This document shows positions 12,138 through 24,204 of a stretch of 64,000 nucleotides of DNA, in pieces. The position numbers and the translations under genes were made by a program. Below the pieces are notes generated by a model, which searched no databases, was not told where the DNA came from, and saw only the letters and a list, made by a program, of their open reading frames with translations. The DNA lies in assembly GCF_006345805.1 (NCBI RefSeq), contig NC_043002.1, positions 95,046,001 to 95,110,000 of the forward strand, given 5' to 3'. Origin of the DNA: Octopus sinensis (lineage: Eukaryota). How positions within the stretch are numbered: the stretch's first letter is position 1; each line of letters begins with the position of its first letter.

Positions 12138-12276
12138 ATATGTCCTTTGTTTTAGAAGTCTGCTATTAAGACCATTTAACAACATTTGTTTTCAATGCCT
12201 CTATTTGTATAAAAGCTTATATTTCAACATTATTATTAACAAAAAGTGGGGGAAAAAAATTATTTCTATTTTGAAG

Positions 12277-12670
12277 GCTAAAAATCTGAACTACACTGAA
12301 AAGTCATTTCTTGCTAAACTTGATGTATTACATTATGACGTACTTGTATGTACATTTAGCAACAAAATTATACTTTAAAGTTGGTATTCACATCTTTAAA
12401 CTGAACCAGTCTCTATGGCAATAAAGTAGTTTTTCCAATTTGTACCTAGTTTGATTATTGCCCTTACTCATTTCAATTATATAATGAGGTTGAAACCAGC
12501 TACAGTAATGATTGCTTTAACAAAATACATTTCCTGGAAATCTAGTTAGCACATCATTGATCTGGTAGTTACCAAAGGATGTGCTGATGTTTGTTTAATA
12601 ATTATGAATATCCCTTGTTAGTTCTTTATAATTGGTATACATTGATTCTGAAGAAATTTACTCCTGAGAG
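12277..12670 (+). CDS. Three phase-compatible candidate exons (12277-12345, 12450-12504, 12622-12670) of an unidentified protein
   Basis: GT-AG introns of 104 and 117 nt. Acceptors tatttctattttgaag, ttttccaatttgtacctag and atcccttgttag; donors gtatgt, gtaatg and gtaaat. The spliced frame is open: AKNLNYTEKSFLAKLDVLHYDVLFDYCPYSFQLYNEVETSYILYNWYTLILKKFTPE. No family recognised. Confidence 0.35.
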
Positions 12671-12747
12671 GTAAATATTTCATACTGTGCTCTTATTTGA
12701 GCTCAAGTGTAAAACAATGTTGCTGACATAAACTTGTGTGTGTGTTA

Positions 12748-12793
<46 letters not shown>

Positions 12794-12908
12794 AAAACAT
12801 GAACTCTTCATAGTAATATTTTTGCGTAAATTGCTTTTACCAAGAACATGTTTCAAAACAGTTAATGAAAACACCAACAATCATTTCACCTTCTACGTCA
12901 ATCTGTTT

Positions 12909-12949
<41 letters not shown>

Positions 12950-13477
12950 ATTGCTGCACCAATGTATGTTTAATCAACCTCTTTTTACATTCTTCTTTTT
13001 ACTTTTACATAAAAATCCTTTTAGGCTCAAATAACTTTATTAAATTGGCATTGCTGTAACCAAAAGGAGATATTGTATTTCAATAGACAATAATCTTGAA
13101 TATGCAAAATAATGTATGAAAAAGAAAAAAAAAAAACAATGAAATATCGTTTTACTTGTGCAGCAATAACAAACAGTTGCAGCTGTTGTTTGTATACTTG
13201 CTATTCAGATTTAAGCTCATGTTATGTTTGTCTCTTAATTTTAATATATTTTCTATACCCTGACTATTAATAAATCAAAGTAGTTGTGAAGCAAAATTAT
13301 ATGAAAGTCTTTTTATAATTACATACACAGAGTGTCACAAAATAATATTCATTCTTTATATCTTAGTGTTTATCCAGCTTTAATTCAAACATATGTGACT
13401 TAATGCATACACCAGTTTAGATATTTCTTTATATATAATTGTGTGTGTTAATGGAATGGTATTGATTGATCTTGTGC

Positions 13478-13521
13478 AATAAAGTGTGATAAATAAATCA
13501 CTTTACTAATATGTTGTGTTG
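13478..13521 (+). promoter_or_regulatory. Possible polyadenylation signal
   Basis: AATAAA at 13478 and 13492, followed by a GT-rich element (TGTTGTGTTG, 13512-13521) in TE-free sequence. AATAAA is common by chance in AT-rich DNA. Confidence 0.25.
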
Positions 13522-13549
13522 ACAAAGCTCAACTGACCCCCTTACAATA

Positions 13550-13704
13550 TCAACTCAGATCAACTTCAGGGTCCAAATATCTCTGTGATTCTTTTTCTTC
13601 TTTTCCACTATTGAACTTTTCAGTGTAGGCTGTAATCACACAGTCTGTCACAAATGAGACTTCATCATACTCCTCTTTTATAACTTCTGTATACAGAACT
13701 AACC
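13550..13704 (-). CDS. Candidate terminal exon (LVLYTEVIKEEYDEVSFVTDCVITAYTEKFNSGKEEKESQRYLDPEVDLS*)
   Basis: 50 open codons with protein-like charged composition, acceptor ttgctatattag and a TGA stop. The opposite strand is also open (13627-13728), so the strand is ambiguous. Confidence 0.22.
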
Positions 13705-13894
13705 CTAATATAGCAACGGAATTTACCAAGGTACTCCTTCTTTTTTAATTAAAACCTATAGCAAAGTGTTTACTTAACTACATTCTTTAATTCAATAGCA
13801 CCAACACATAAATACAATAGTTTTTTAAAGGCAATACCAAAGCCTACATCCCCACTTATCAAGAGCAACGCAAAGCTAAAATTCATAGCAGACT

Positions 13895-14100
13895 TCATCA
13901 TAATCATCATCGTCATTATCGTTTCACGTCCGTTTTCTGTGCTAGCACGGGTTGGATGGTTCGACTGGGATCTGGGAAGCCAGGAGGCTGCACCAAGCTC
14001 CAGTCTGATCTGGCAGTGTTTCTACAGCTGGATGCCCTTCCTAATGCCAACCACTCCGTGAGTGTAGTGGGTGCTTTTTACATGCCGCCAGCACAGGAAA
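13895..14100 (-). mobile_element. RTE-type LINE 3' tail
   Basis: Homologous to 7130-7330 and 51940-52205. Confidence 0.8.
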
Positions 14101-14613
14101 ATGGAAATGCATATTTGGGGATAAACTTGCAATGAAATTTCTTCAGGTTTTACTGTTCACAGTGCAATTAATGGTTTATTATCGGTGGGAAGATATAAGC
14201 CCTAATCAACAAACAATTTATTTGCTGAAATTATAAACAAAAGCCATCAGCTCTTGTTTTGACTCAAAGGTCTGACAAGACACAATATGTTAAGACACAC
14301 ACACACACCAATGTGTCCACCGTGTTATTGTAAAAAGATCTTTTTGTGGCATACACAACAGCAATTAGCATATTTGCATTTGAGTATGCTGGAATGTATT
14401 ATCAATAAATTTGGAAGTCATCATTTCAGATCTCCTGTTCACTGTGCAAATAATGATTTATCAAATATGTATGTGCATATATGTGTGCGTGCATGTGTGT
14501 ATGAGTGTATTTATGTATGGCTATGTGTGTATAGATATATATGAATGTGTGTGTGTGTGTGTGTGTGTATTATCTTTTGCTTGTTTGTGTGTGTATATTA
14601 TCTTTTGAATGCA

Positions 14614-14647
<34 letters not shown>

Positions 14648-14689
14648 TGTATGTATGTATATTATCTTTTGCTTGTTTCAGTCTTCAGA

Positions 14690-14895
14690 GATAGACTTGT
14701 AAAATGAAGTAAATATAGCAAATAATCCAGAATCCTTGTCCGGTACCAGATTGATCCCCAAATCTAACCAGTTCGTGCCAGTCATGAGGCCAAACATCTC
14801 TGAAAGTTTCATCTGAATTCATCCAGCGGTTTTTGAGATATCTTGTCCATGGACAAAAAAAAACCAACAAACACAACTGAAAACAATACCTCCAC
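14690..14895 (+). mobile_element. Helentron-associated/DINE-like non-autonomous element fragment
   Basis: Contains AAGTTTCATCTGAATTCATCCAGCGGTTTTTGAGATATC...CAAACACAACTGAAAACAATACCTCC, resembling the 3' block of HINE/DINE-type elements. The assignment is from recall. Confidence 0.45.
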
Positions 14896-15118
14896 CTTTA
14901 ATAATACTTTCTACTGTAGGCACAAGATCTGAAATTTTGGGTAGAGGATAGTCAATTACATCAACCCCAGTACTCAACTGGTACTTATTTTATCGACACC
15001 AAAAGGATGAAAAGCAAAGTCAACTCTGGTGGAATTTGAACTTAGAACGTAATGACAGACAAAATGCAACTAAGCATTTTGCCCGGCATGCTAATGATTC
15101 TGCCAGCTCACCACCTTA
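14895..15118 (-). mobile_element. SINE family A, older subfamily (GCCTTGTGCCTATAGTAGAAA tail)
   Basis: Homologous to the units of the 28.3-30.4 kb array. Confidence 0.88.
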
Positions 15119-16248
15119 TCAATAATGATGATGACAACGACGACCCCAACTTGACTCTCTACTCCAAACTTTTCTCCAAGCTCAGTTGTGCATGATTGTG
15201 TGTATCTGTGTGCTTATACATATCTTAAGATAAGATGTGCTTACACATAACACATGCACACACACACACACAGAGCAAAATAAAATAAGAATATGTTACA
15301 CATATTTGCACTATTTTTCCCACTTTAAAGCAATGTGGATAATGAACTTCTTTTAGATCTACCTCTTTTCTTTAACTAACCTGGTTTCATAAATAAATAT
15401 ACAAACAAAGCATTTTATTGAATGAAAGCTTGGAGATTTGTTGAGTAAATTATGGTACACTGTGAAGTTTTCTTAGAAAATTAAAGTATTTGAAATAATT
15501 TGGGAGAAGAAAAAAGATTAACCTAGAATGCTCTTTGAAGCTTGGTACCACTTTATGTAGTATGCTATTATAAGGAAATACTCTGCATTTGTCTATGAAT
15601 CAATATATTTTGTGAATATCAATCATCTATAAATGTTATACTTACTAATTCACTGCTGCAGTTAGCTTTAATCTGTTACCTCCATCGCAAATCGTATTTT
15701 GTATTATTTATTCTAAATCCTAACTAACTGTTCAAAGATATACTAAAGAACCACCCCATCTTGAAATGCATTTGTTGAAATTTGCAACATCACAATACTA
15801 GCTTCAGCTGGTAAGCATGTATTTAGAACTTTTTACAATATATCAAACCTTTAGAAATAGTCAGTTACCGTGATCATGATTTAATATCCACCTTCTATAC
15901 TGTCATGGGCTGGAAGGTTTGGCAGGAGCTGGCAAGTTAGAAGACTACACCAAATTCCACTTTCTATATTTTGCATGCTTTCTATCACTGGATGCCTTTC
16001 CTAATGCCAAATACTTTGCAGTGTTCTGGATGCTTTTTAAGCAGCAACAGCAATAATTTGCAAGACAAAACCCCTCAGTTGAAGGGGGACAAACCCCAAA
16101 ATAAAATTATGAAAAAGACAATTGTTTTCTAATCCTATAATGATTGTGCCACTATGAATGTGATATGGATGGAACATTACCTGTGGGATCTGTAAATTGT
16201 CATAGGAACTGATCTTCCTCCCCCAACAAAAATCTACCTAAAAATTAC

Positions 16249-16319
16249 CTGTATATCCAAATAAAATCCAGGAATTGTTAAATTTCCCATCAGATTTCTG
16301 CCACATTTAAAATTCCTTG
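16249..16319 (-). CDS. Candidate exon (RNFKCGRNLMGNLTIPGFYLDIQ)
   Basis: Donor CAG|gtaatt and 23 open codons. The acceptor is only moderate. Confidence 0.15.
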
Positions 16320-16493
16320 CTTTGTAATTTTTACAGCAAATGTAAAAAAACTACATTAACATTCTTCTTCTTCACTCTTTTAATGAAGTTTTACTTGGTT
16401 TTCCTACATAAGTTCCAAAAATAAAGTTTTCTTCATTGATTGTATAAAATTCCAGTAAGATCCCAGTCAATACAAATTTTACTCTGTTCTCAG

Positions 16494-17657
16494 TATTGAG
16501 TTCCCACATCAGTGTTTCATTGTAAATTCAAAACTATAAAATAATGACATTTAATTATCATTCAATAATTTTCCTAAAATTATTCAGAGATTAGTAAGTA
16601 GAACATTGTGCTAAATGCCTAAATTTTGTATTGTCTCATTTTCATAGTTGAAAGCTTGCTTGAGGTGTCTTTGTTTTTCATCCCTTGAAGTGACTAAAAT
16701 AGGTAGAATATTCTGGTGTCAGTCTAGCCAACTAAACACTTCATTTCTACAAAAAGTGACCTTATACAACAATCAGATAACTATAAATAGCAAGAAGCAA
16801 TTATAGGAGTGTTTAAGAGATGCATTATCATCGTCTTCTTTGTACATCATTGTCTATATGTGAACCATTGCCTTCATACATCATTGTCTTTGTACCTCAT
16901 TGTCTATATGTATCATTGTCAATGTGTTATGATTTCTTTGTTGTTGTTTTGGAATGCCATCTTTTTCATTCAATGTCTTCATAGTTCACAACTAAAATTC
17001 ATATGAATATTACATAACAATGATGGCACTTAAATTAATGTCTGCTCACCCATTAGGCTTTCATTTCATTTTTGTTTGGGACTATGCTCTATAATTCCAT
17101 AATTCTTATTTTAGCAATGTTGTAGGTCATAATATTATGTTCTATCAAGTTTGTTGTAAAAGTTTTTGTTGTACACCAACTTTCTACTTTCTAGTACCTA
17201 ATTAAATTTGCATCTAATTCATTCCAGTACTGCAATAGTAATAAAACCTCTGAATATCCAGAATAGTTTTTGTTGTGTACAAAAATTACCTGGAGGCACA
17301 GTTTTCATAAGGACAAATAGATGAATGATCAGACTGTGTGGTTTGCCATTTAGAGAATGTAAAGATTAATATCAACCTATTTTATATCTCAGTTGTAACA
17401 TTTGCATGTGTGTGTGTGTGTTGACAATTTTACCTGCTTTCTCATCCTTGGAATTATCAGTTTGTGAGATTTGAGCATGAGAAAATTCCCAGTAAGCATT
17501 ACTTCAGAGACATTTGAATACATTTATTTCTTTATCCCAACAAAACCATAGACACAAAGAAAATGGTTACAATTATTGTTTAGCCTTTTTTTTTTCTCCT
17601 TTTCCATTAGTATATCTAAAGGTTATGGAAGTTATTGCTGCAGAGACAAAAGTTTGA
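16494..17657 (+). CDS. Candidate exons 16494-16521, 17461-17491 and terminal 17611-17657 (IEFPHQCFI-FVRFEHEKIP-IYLKVMEVIAAETKV*)
   Basis: Very strong acceptor at 17610, donor gtaagc at 17492, and a 119-nt intron between the last two exons. Phases chain with the 12.3-12.7 kb exons. TE-poor AT-rich sequence follows, which could be a 3' UTR. Confidence 0.25.
16835..16930. repeat. Degenerate 16-bp minisatellite (CATTGTCTATATGTAT-like), about 6 units
   Basis: CATTGTC/CATTGCC recurs at roughly 16-18 bp spacing. Confidence 0.7.
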
Positions 17658-19963
17658 ACATCTTTGCTGGTAGTTTTGGAGGGAAATTGGTTTATAGGAA
17701 AAAAAACAACATTTTTATTGATATTGACTTTTGGAGTTTATGCATGCTTATATTTCCCTGGGATTCCAGAAAAAAAATTATTTTAGCAATTCTATAGCAA
17801 TATTTAATATGGTTAACAATATATAGAAGATTTGACATAAGTTGGAGAAACTGTCAAGTAAAACAGTCCAGATATGAACCGTGCACCACATATATCTCAT
17901 TGACTTTTGGTTTTAAAATTCTGACATCTTCATATAACCTTCTGAAATCACATTTCTGAAGCTTTTGCTATTCAAACAGTAATGTTTCATAAAAACCACA
18001 GGAAAAGTGAGCATGTTTTATTATGATAGTTTTATTATAGGCCCGTATAATTTTTAATAAGGTTCAGTCATTATTATTATTAATAATAAATTAATATACC
18101 TTTGGGTAAGAATTAGTGAAGCAGTATAAATATTATTATACAAAATAACCAGAAATGATTTTGTCATGCTGAAAGAATCAATAGTCCTGTTTTTCTTGCT
18201 TGTCTCACTGATATGGGATGCCTTGCCTGGTTTAAATTGGAATATCTTTAAATGTTTAAGTGACAGAATCAAATATTAGATCTTTGAGTAACTAAATTAT
18301 AGAGCTCAGATAGAAAGAAAATCCAGTCCTTTGAAAAAGTAAATTTTATTTAGTTTTGATTTTGTGTTGGAAATATACATAATATCTGTGCCACTTCATG
18401 AGTGAACCTATTTCTTTTTGGCACTTTCTGTTAAATGAAAAGCATTATAATATGAATTTTGATACCATAACACCTTTCATGATGGTTGGATGGCTGAGAT
18501 TGGTGGGGAGGGAATTGTGGCTAAAAATAAAAATAGTGATAAAAAAAAAAAAAGAAACAAGCAAATGGAAATATTAAAATATTTTTAGGGGCTAATCAAG
18601 TGAAAGTAGTCTTAGGTGAATTTAGTGCCTTGTATGATTAAAATATTTTTAGATGATGGTTCAGAAAATGGTGTCTAAAAATTAGCAGGAAAGAAGGAAA
18701 AAAATATTTCTAGACTAAGGATAAAAAAGACAAGTAATTTTCCTTAGAATTGTTATTACTCAAGGTTATCTGCAATCTGAATTATATTATTAGAAATAGT
18801 ATTGATAATACTTATATAAGTCACATTAAAGAAAATCAGACATAAAAATAGCAGGAAGTAATTATTGCTTTATAAAGACCCATCACAAAAATGTCCTCTT
18901 TATAGCAGTCATACTGGCTAAGATAGTTTGATGAATATAAGAACATATGAAATACAAGTAGAGAAAATCTGACAGATTGTTAAGATCAATAAGTTCTGAA
19001 TAAACAGTATTAACTCTTAGTTACACAGCAAGTGTTTTAGACAACTCATCAAAATGCAAATATAGCTTGAAGTGTATGTGTGCGTGAGAAAGCGGAGGGA
19101 ATGAGAAAGAGATGACCATAAAAGGTTATTGGGCTGATTTATTGGGCTGCTTACCAACTATACAGGCCATGAGTTCAAGCCTACTAACAGTGACTGTCAT
19201 GTATCCTTAACATAAACCATGTTCTTGCTAATTGCTTTAGAGACCTAATATAATCACAAACAGGCACACACACCTCTTAGTCCTCTTGATATTGACTCAT
19301 CAAAACATTCAGAATGTTTATACAAAGAGAGAGATAGAGAGAAGGATGGTGAGGGCTAGTAGTCATTACAGCTAAGTAGACTGGAACACTGTAAAATGAT
19401 GGGCCCTGTTCAGGGATGCAACATACCATCCAGTCTAGGAATTGAACTCACCCAGCTTACTATTTACTCCATTGTTGACTGATTCACAAGTAGCTGTGAA
19501 CCAATTAGTTCCAAAAAGAAAAGGATATATGAATATCCACTACTACAAAACTGTTGTATCAGAAGTAAATATAGAAGAAATGTGTTCATATCTTTACTAG
19601 CTTCAGTGATTGAACAGTGGCCATGCTGGAGCACTGCCTTCACTTGTTTATTTCAATTCGGCTACATATTTCAAGTATAATGTGCCTATTTTAAAAATTT
19701 TGTCATCATATCATTTCTTACTTATGAAATCTGCAAGTACCTCTCCTAAAATGTTGTTATTATTGGGCTCAGTTCTTAAAATAACTCTGCAGAACACATT
19801 ACATGACTATGGGGGACGAAAATAATATATTCCAGTCCTGTTGCATACATATAGCTTTAAGTATTTTAATTACGACTACTTCTATTCTTTTTAAATTTTC
19901 TTTATTTTTAAGCTACAATTTTAAGTCTTTTAAGCACAATTAGTGTTATAATTCGGTTAACTT

Positions 19964-20160
19964 TTAACCATATTGACTCTTTCATTACTATATTTCTAAC
20001 CAAAATACACCCCTCGTGAGTTTCAATTAAATTCTAAAATAATCATGAACTTAGACTAGTTTCATTAAACAACTGTAACTTTTTAACTTAGCAACATATT
20101 AATGTGATATTTGGAACATAATTAAAGAAAGGGTTCTTAATCAATTCTATTGCATAACTT
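19964..20160 (+). mobile_element. TTAA-flanked MITE, family 2 (partial)
   Basis: Starts TTAACC and is homologous to 40690-40917, 60463-60695 and 63559-63720 (shared ATTTCT..AAATACAC and TTTGGAACATAA blocks). Confidence 0.7.
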
Positions 20161-20339
20161 TTGTCTCAAAGTGACTCTAATTACATCACCATAGAAAATG
20201 AATCATCAGCTAATATTCAATTGGGTATGCAACAAAATTTTGATATAGAAGAATTGTGCACATCACCAAATTATCAGCTGAATTTAATGCACAGAAGAAT
20301 AGGTGTACCATAAAGGTGAAATAAACTGAAACACTGGAA

Positions 20340-21140
20340 TCCACCTAAAACCACCACAAGTTTGACCGAACTAAAAAAAATCAATCAAAAAATAATATAC
20401 AGCCCTGGTTATGGTATGGAAGTGATAAATTCCAGACCACATCATACCCTAGGCCATGCTGACTAACATTATTTTCCCTATATAAAAACTAAATCCACAG
20501 CAGTACCCAGTGTTTGCTTCACAAATTTTCCAAACTTTGATCCCCCTGATCCCCCATTTCATGGGCATACTGTTTACATTCTGCGTAACAGTTTGTTTCT
20601 GCAGTGATCGCTTCAAACAAGTGTACTGCAAAAAATAAAAGTCTAACGGTTTCACTTTCTAAGAAAGACTATAGATAGACCCCCATCTCCTCAGATTTTT
20701 CTGATGCTGCATTCCAATGTAAAATTGTCTTTGCTGTCGCTATCACCACTTTCAGTTTCTTCAGAATTGCTGCTTTCAGTTTCGGATACAGAAATATCCC
20801 ATTCATTCTCAGGCACCACATACTTTTGTACCATATTCATTCTTTTTCTCGATATCTCCATATTTTCTGTTGATAAACCTTTAAATTAGGAATCACTGCT
20901 TGATAGCATGAAACTCATCGATTATCAAAGGTGAAAAAAAAATCAATGCTGAAAAAATGTGGAAAAAAAATCTTCCATAATTCACTAAGTTCAGATATCA
21001 CATCAAACAATGTTGGATACTATAACTCAACTATTTACAAAGTGAAATCATGTATTTTTACAAATGTACTAACGAGATTTGTGTTTAAATTCACATTTAA
21101 ATAACAATGGGTACTCTCGGCCGGCTACAGCTGGGTTGGT
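20340..21140 (-). pseudogene. Decayed, internally deleted piggyBac transposase (DDE_Tnp_1_7 / PGBD-like)
   Basis: Minus-strand translation gives an acidic N-terminus (DISVSETESSNSEETESGDSDS), then MPMKWGIRGIKVWKICEANTGYCCGFSFYIGK and HGLGYDVVWNLSLPYHNQGCILFFD*FF..SVKL. These match the piggyBac core motifs K.GIK.W..C...GY...F..Y.GK and DNFF.S. Confidence 0.88.
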
Positions 21141-21144
21141 CTTA

Positions 21145-22018
21145 TGAACCAAAAAATTTTTCGGCCAGGTTAATATCAAAAGAGCTGAACATGATTTCAT
21201 CTACATCCAGTGCTTCATAATTTAATTGCTTTATAGTCTTTGTGACTTCAGCTAGTGTGATTTCTTCCATTTCAATGCCCAGATTTTGTTCATTCGGAGG
21301 TGTATTTTCTTCATTTTGTGGAACTGGTCTGTTTAAAATTGCTTCAGAGTGTTCCTTCAATCTATTCTTTATCTTTAGTCAGCAGACTTTTATATGTATC
21401 TCTAATTGAAATCTCTTTATTATTCTTGGCTCTGCTCCCAATTTATTTAATTGATTGATAAGCTAATCTGTTATTCTATCCTTCCCTTCTATTTATTTGC
21501 ACTTCAGTATTAATCACACTATCATTCAGCTACTTCCCATTGACATGCTTAGAGAGTCCTTTTACTTTTGCTATTGCATACTGGTGTTCACAATAGGTAA
21601 GTTTTCCTCACAATTAAAGTTTCATGTTTCTGTTTTGCCATCTCCTTTCCTCTATATTGTCCCTTATTTCAGTTATAAGCCATCATTTCTTCGTAGTTCT
21701 TCCCTTACTTCCAATTGTTTTATTTGCTGCTTCTTGAAAGGTTTCTTAAATATCATTTGGCATCTGATGCACATCCCTTTGTTTCATCTTCATTCATTAA
21801 TAATGCCCCTAAAACAATAAATCTATTTCTACATTCATATATAAACTCTTCTTTATGTCTCTATTCTTTATATTAGAATTTGGAGCCATTTCTTATCCTC
21901 ATTTTAGCTTAATTTGTGAGTTGATGGTCAGTGTCAAATTCAGTATCTCTTAGCCTTTACATTTGTTGTTTATCAATTGCATCATGATCAATTTAATTTC
22001 AATGTTCCCTGTCTGGGG

Positions 22019-22056
<38 letters not shown>

Positions 22057-22580
22057 TATATATATAAATGTAGCAATTATTATCAATCCAGTTTCATTCA
22101 CACCCACCTTTTCCTGTCATGCCACACTCACAGAAAAGCTATCTTCTTATAAATTGCCTTTCTCCCTTATGATATCAAATTCTGCAAGGTTGTCTTGCAG
22201 AGTTCTATGTCAACTCTTTCATTACTATTATAATACACTCTCTTCTTCAAAACTTGCTCATTGTACTTAACTCTGCTTCATGTCCTTTTAATGTCTCTTT
22301 ATCACGTGAGGAGGGATAGCATGTGTGGTTGTTTTTTTCAAGGACAGATGGGGCAAAGAAGGAAGCTATCTTCAGATTCAACCTGAATGCTTGCAAGAGA
22401 GTGAGCCTTGATAAAGGTACCCACATATCCATTTTCCAATTCCCAATTGATTTCCCCGCTTTATATATATATTCAAAACAGCCATCATTACTGGTTACCA
22501 GTTTAGCATTAAAAACTCCTATACACGGCAGCAACAAGTCATATTTTGCCATCTTCTTGTGTGACTCTTGAAGTTTGTTA
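21145..22580 (-). pseudogene. Decayed RTE-like LINE: APE endonuclease plus linker, split by a ~400-bp insertion
   Basis: IGVFNAKL (GDFNAK motif) at about 22500, SPD..EIDH and DTDHQL at 21930-22010, and EITLAEVTKTIKQL..ALDVDEI (pre-RT linker) at 21190-21260. Confidence 0.82.
22190..22430 (-). mobile_element. Unclassified interspersed repeat inserted in the LINE
   Basis: Reverse complement is homologous to 23335-23570 (GGGTGCCTTTATCAG..GCATTCA..GAGGATAACTTCC..CATAGAACTCTGCA). Confidence 0.7.
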
Positions 22581-23130
22581 TAAAATTTGCCTTTCTTTTT
22601 GACTGTTGTTTAGGATCACAGCATATTAATATTACTAACATTTGCATGTGCAAACATGTATGTTACATATTTTTTTATATATGAATATATGTATATGCAT
22701 TGTCTGTGTGTGATGACTCCAGATATTTCAGCTGTAGTATGCAATTTTTAAAAATAATCTAAAGTCTTATTGATGTTGCGTACATATAGCTATTTCTCAC
22801 AAAAATTGAAGATTTATATTAAAATCTAATTTGTTATTTACTGCCTCTTGAGTATCTTAGGTATGCCTCACATGGCTTGCATTCATGCAGGAAATGCCAC
22901 TATATGTATGTGTTTGTGTGTGTGTTTATTGTGTCTAAAGAAGGACAATATCCTTTGGAAAATGTTGATAAAAATGATAGGCAAAAAGAGATAAGACTGA
23001 TATAGTTAATACATGGTTTGAAATGCTAGAATTAGTAAATTGCCTTAAACTTTGGTAGGAGAGCTAGAATTAGTAAATTATCATAAATTTTTGCAGGACT
23101 GCAGTTTCAGCTGTTAGCATTCTCTCTTAG

Positions 23131-23181
23131 AATGAAGGACTAAATATTACTCTTCGTTTTTGGTTTACAAAGAGACAAACT
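23131..23181 (+). CDS. Candidate exon (NEGLNITLRFWFTKRQT)
   Basis: Acceptor gcattctctcttag, donor gtaaga, 51 nt, phase 0-0 open. Confidence 0.2.
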
Positions 23182-23334
23182 GTAAGAGCAACAGTAAGCA
23201 AAAATACAGTTGCAGCAGATAAATTCAAGTATGGGTTGTCCTGTGAATGAAAGTTTCAAGACAGAAACTATGCGGAAGTCAGTCAGTGGTGGGGAGTGTC
23301 ATGTTCCTATTTTTGGGTGGTAGACTTCATGTCA

Positions 23335-23570
23335 CATCAGCTGATACTTGGGTGCCTTTATCAGAGCTCACTCTGTGGCTGGCATTCAAGCCAGATTTGA
23401 GGATAACTTCCTCTATCAGCCTCGGAGTCTTTTTAAAATACAGCTGCTATTCTTCTACATCTGACCAAGACATTAAAAATAAAAGGAGTTAAGCACAATA
23501 AGCTAGTTTTGAAGAACAGGGTGTGTTAAAATAGTAATAAAAGTGGTGCCATAGAACTCTGCAGGAATTC
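23335..23570 (+). mobile_element. Unclassified interspersed repeat, second copy
   Basis: Inverted homologue of 22190-22430. Confidence 0.7.
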
Positions 23571-24204
23571 ATAATTTATAAGTGGTTGGCTTTCCTATGA
23601 ATGTGGTGTAAAATGCTTACAAGCTCTAGAAATGGTTTTTTTTTCAGATATGGGAGCAATACACTATTAGTGGGAGTTATTTGTAATTTGTAAACATGAG
23701 ATATAGTTTCAATCCAATTATTTACTTACTCTTATTTAATTATCTAACAAGTTTACATTCATAAACACTTAATTTCCTTAAAAAGTTCTGTGTAGAATTA
23801 AACTCTACAAGGCTCAGCTGTTGCATTTTGAATGAGTGTAAAGTGTACTAATTAATAATTAGCTTGTTATTTTATCATTATATATTGAATTTCATCCTTT
23901 GTACATGTTTATTATGGAAAAGGAATTTGTATACAAGCCACAATATAATAGTCTACAATAAAGAAATGCGGACTCGGTTGCTGAAAAAATTTTAGTTTAT
24001 CTTATATATTGACTAAATGAATATATATTTATATGTATTTAAAAATGTATTGTATTAATTCACTTGAATATTTCCAATTAGTAATTATGTAATTAAATTG
24101 ATATTATTTATTGAACACAACTTTTAAAATAGAATATATTTTCCCTAGTTTCCATACTTGATACTTTACTGAAATTTCCTGTGTGTGGTAGGAGGGGATG
24201 ACAA

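Noticed and set aside
19964-21140. MITE family 2 end as the right TIR of the piggyBac relic
   Set aside because: The end at 19964 (CCATATTGACTC) does not match the candidate other end near 21135 (CCCAGCTGTAGCC). They are adjacent but independent elements.
22247-22552. Continuous endonuclease ORF
   Set aside because: Only the first ~40 aa are LINE-derived. The rest (WVPLSRLTL...) is an inserted repeat that recurs inverted at 23335.
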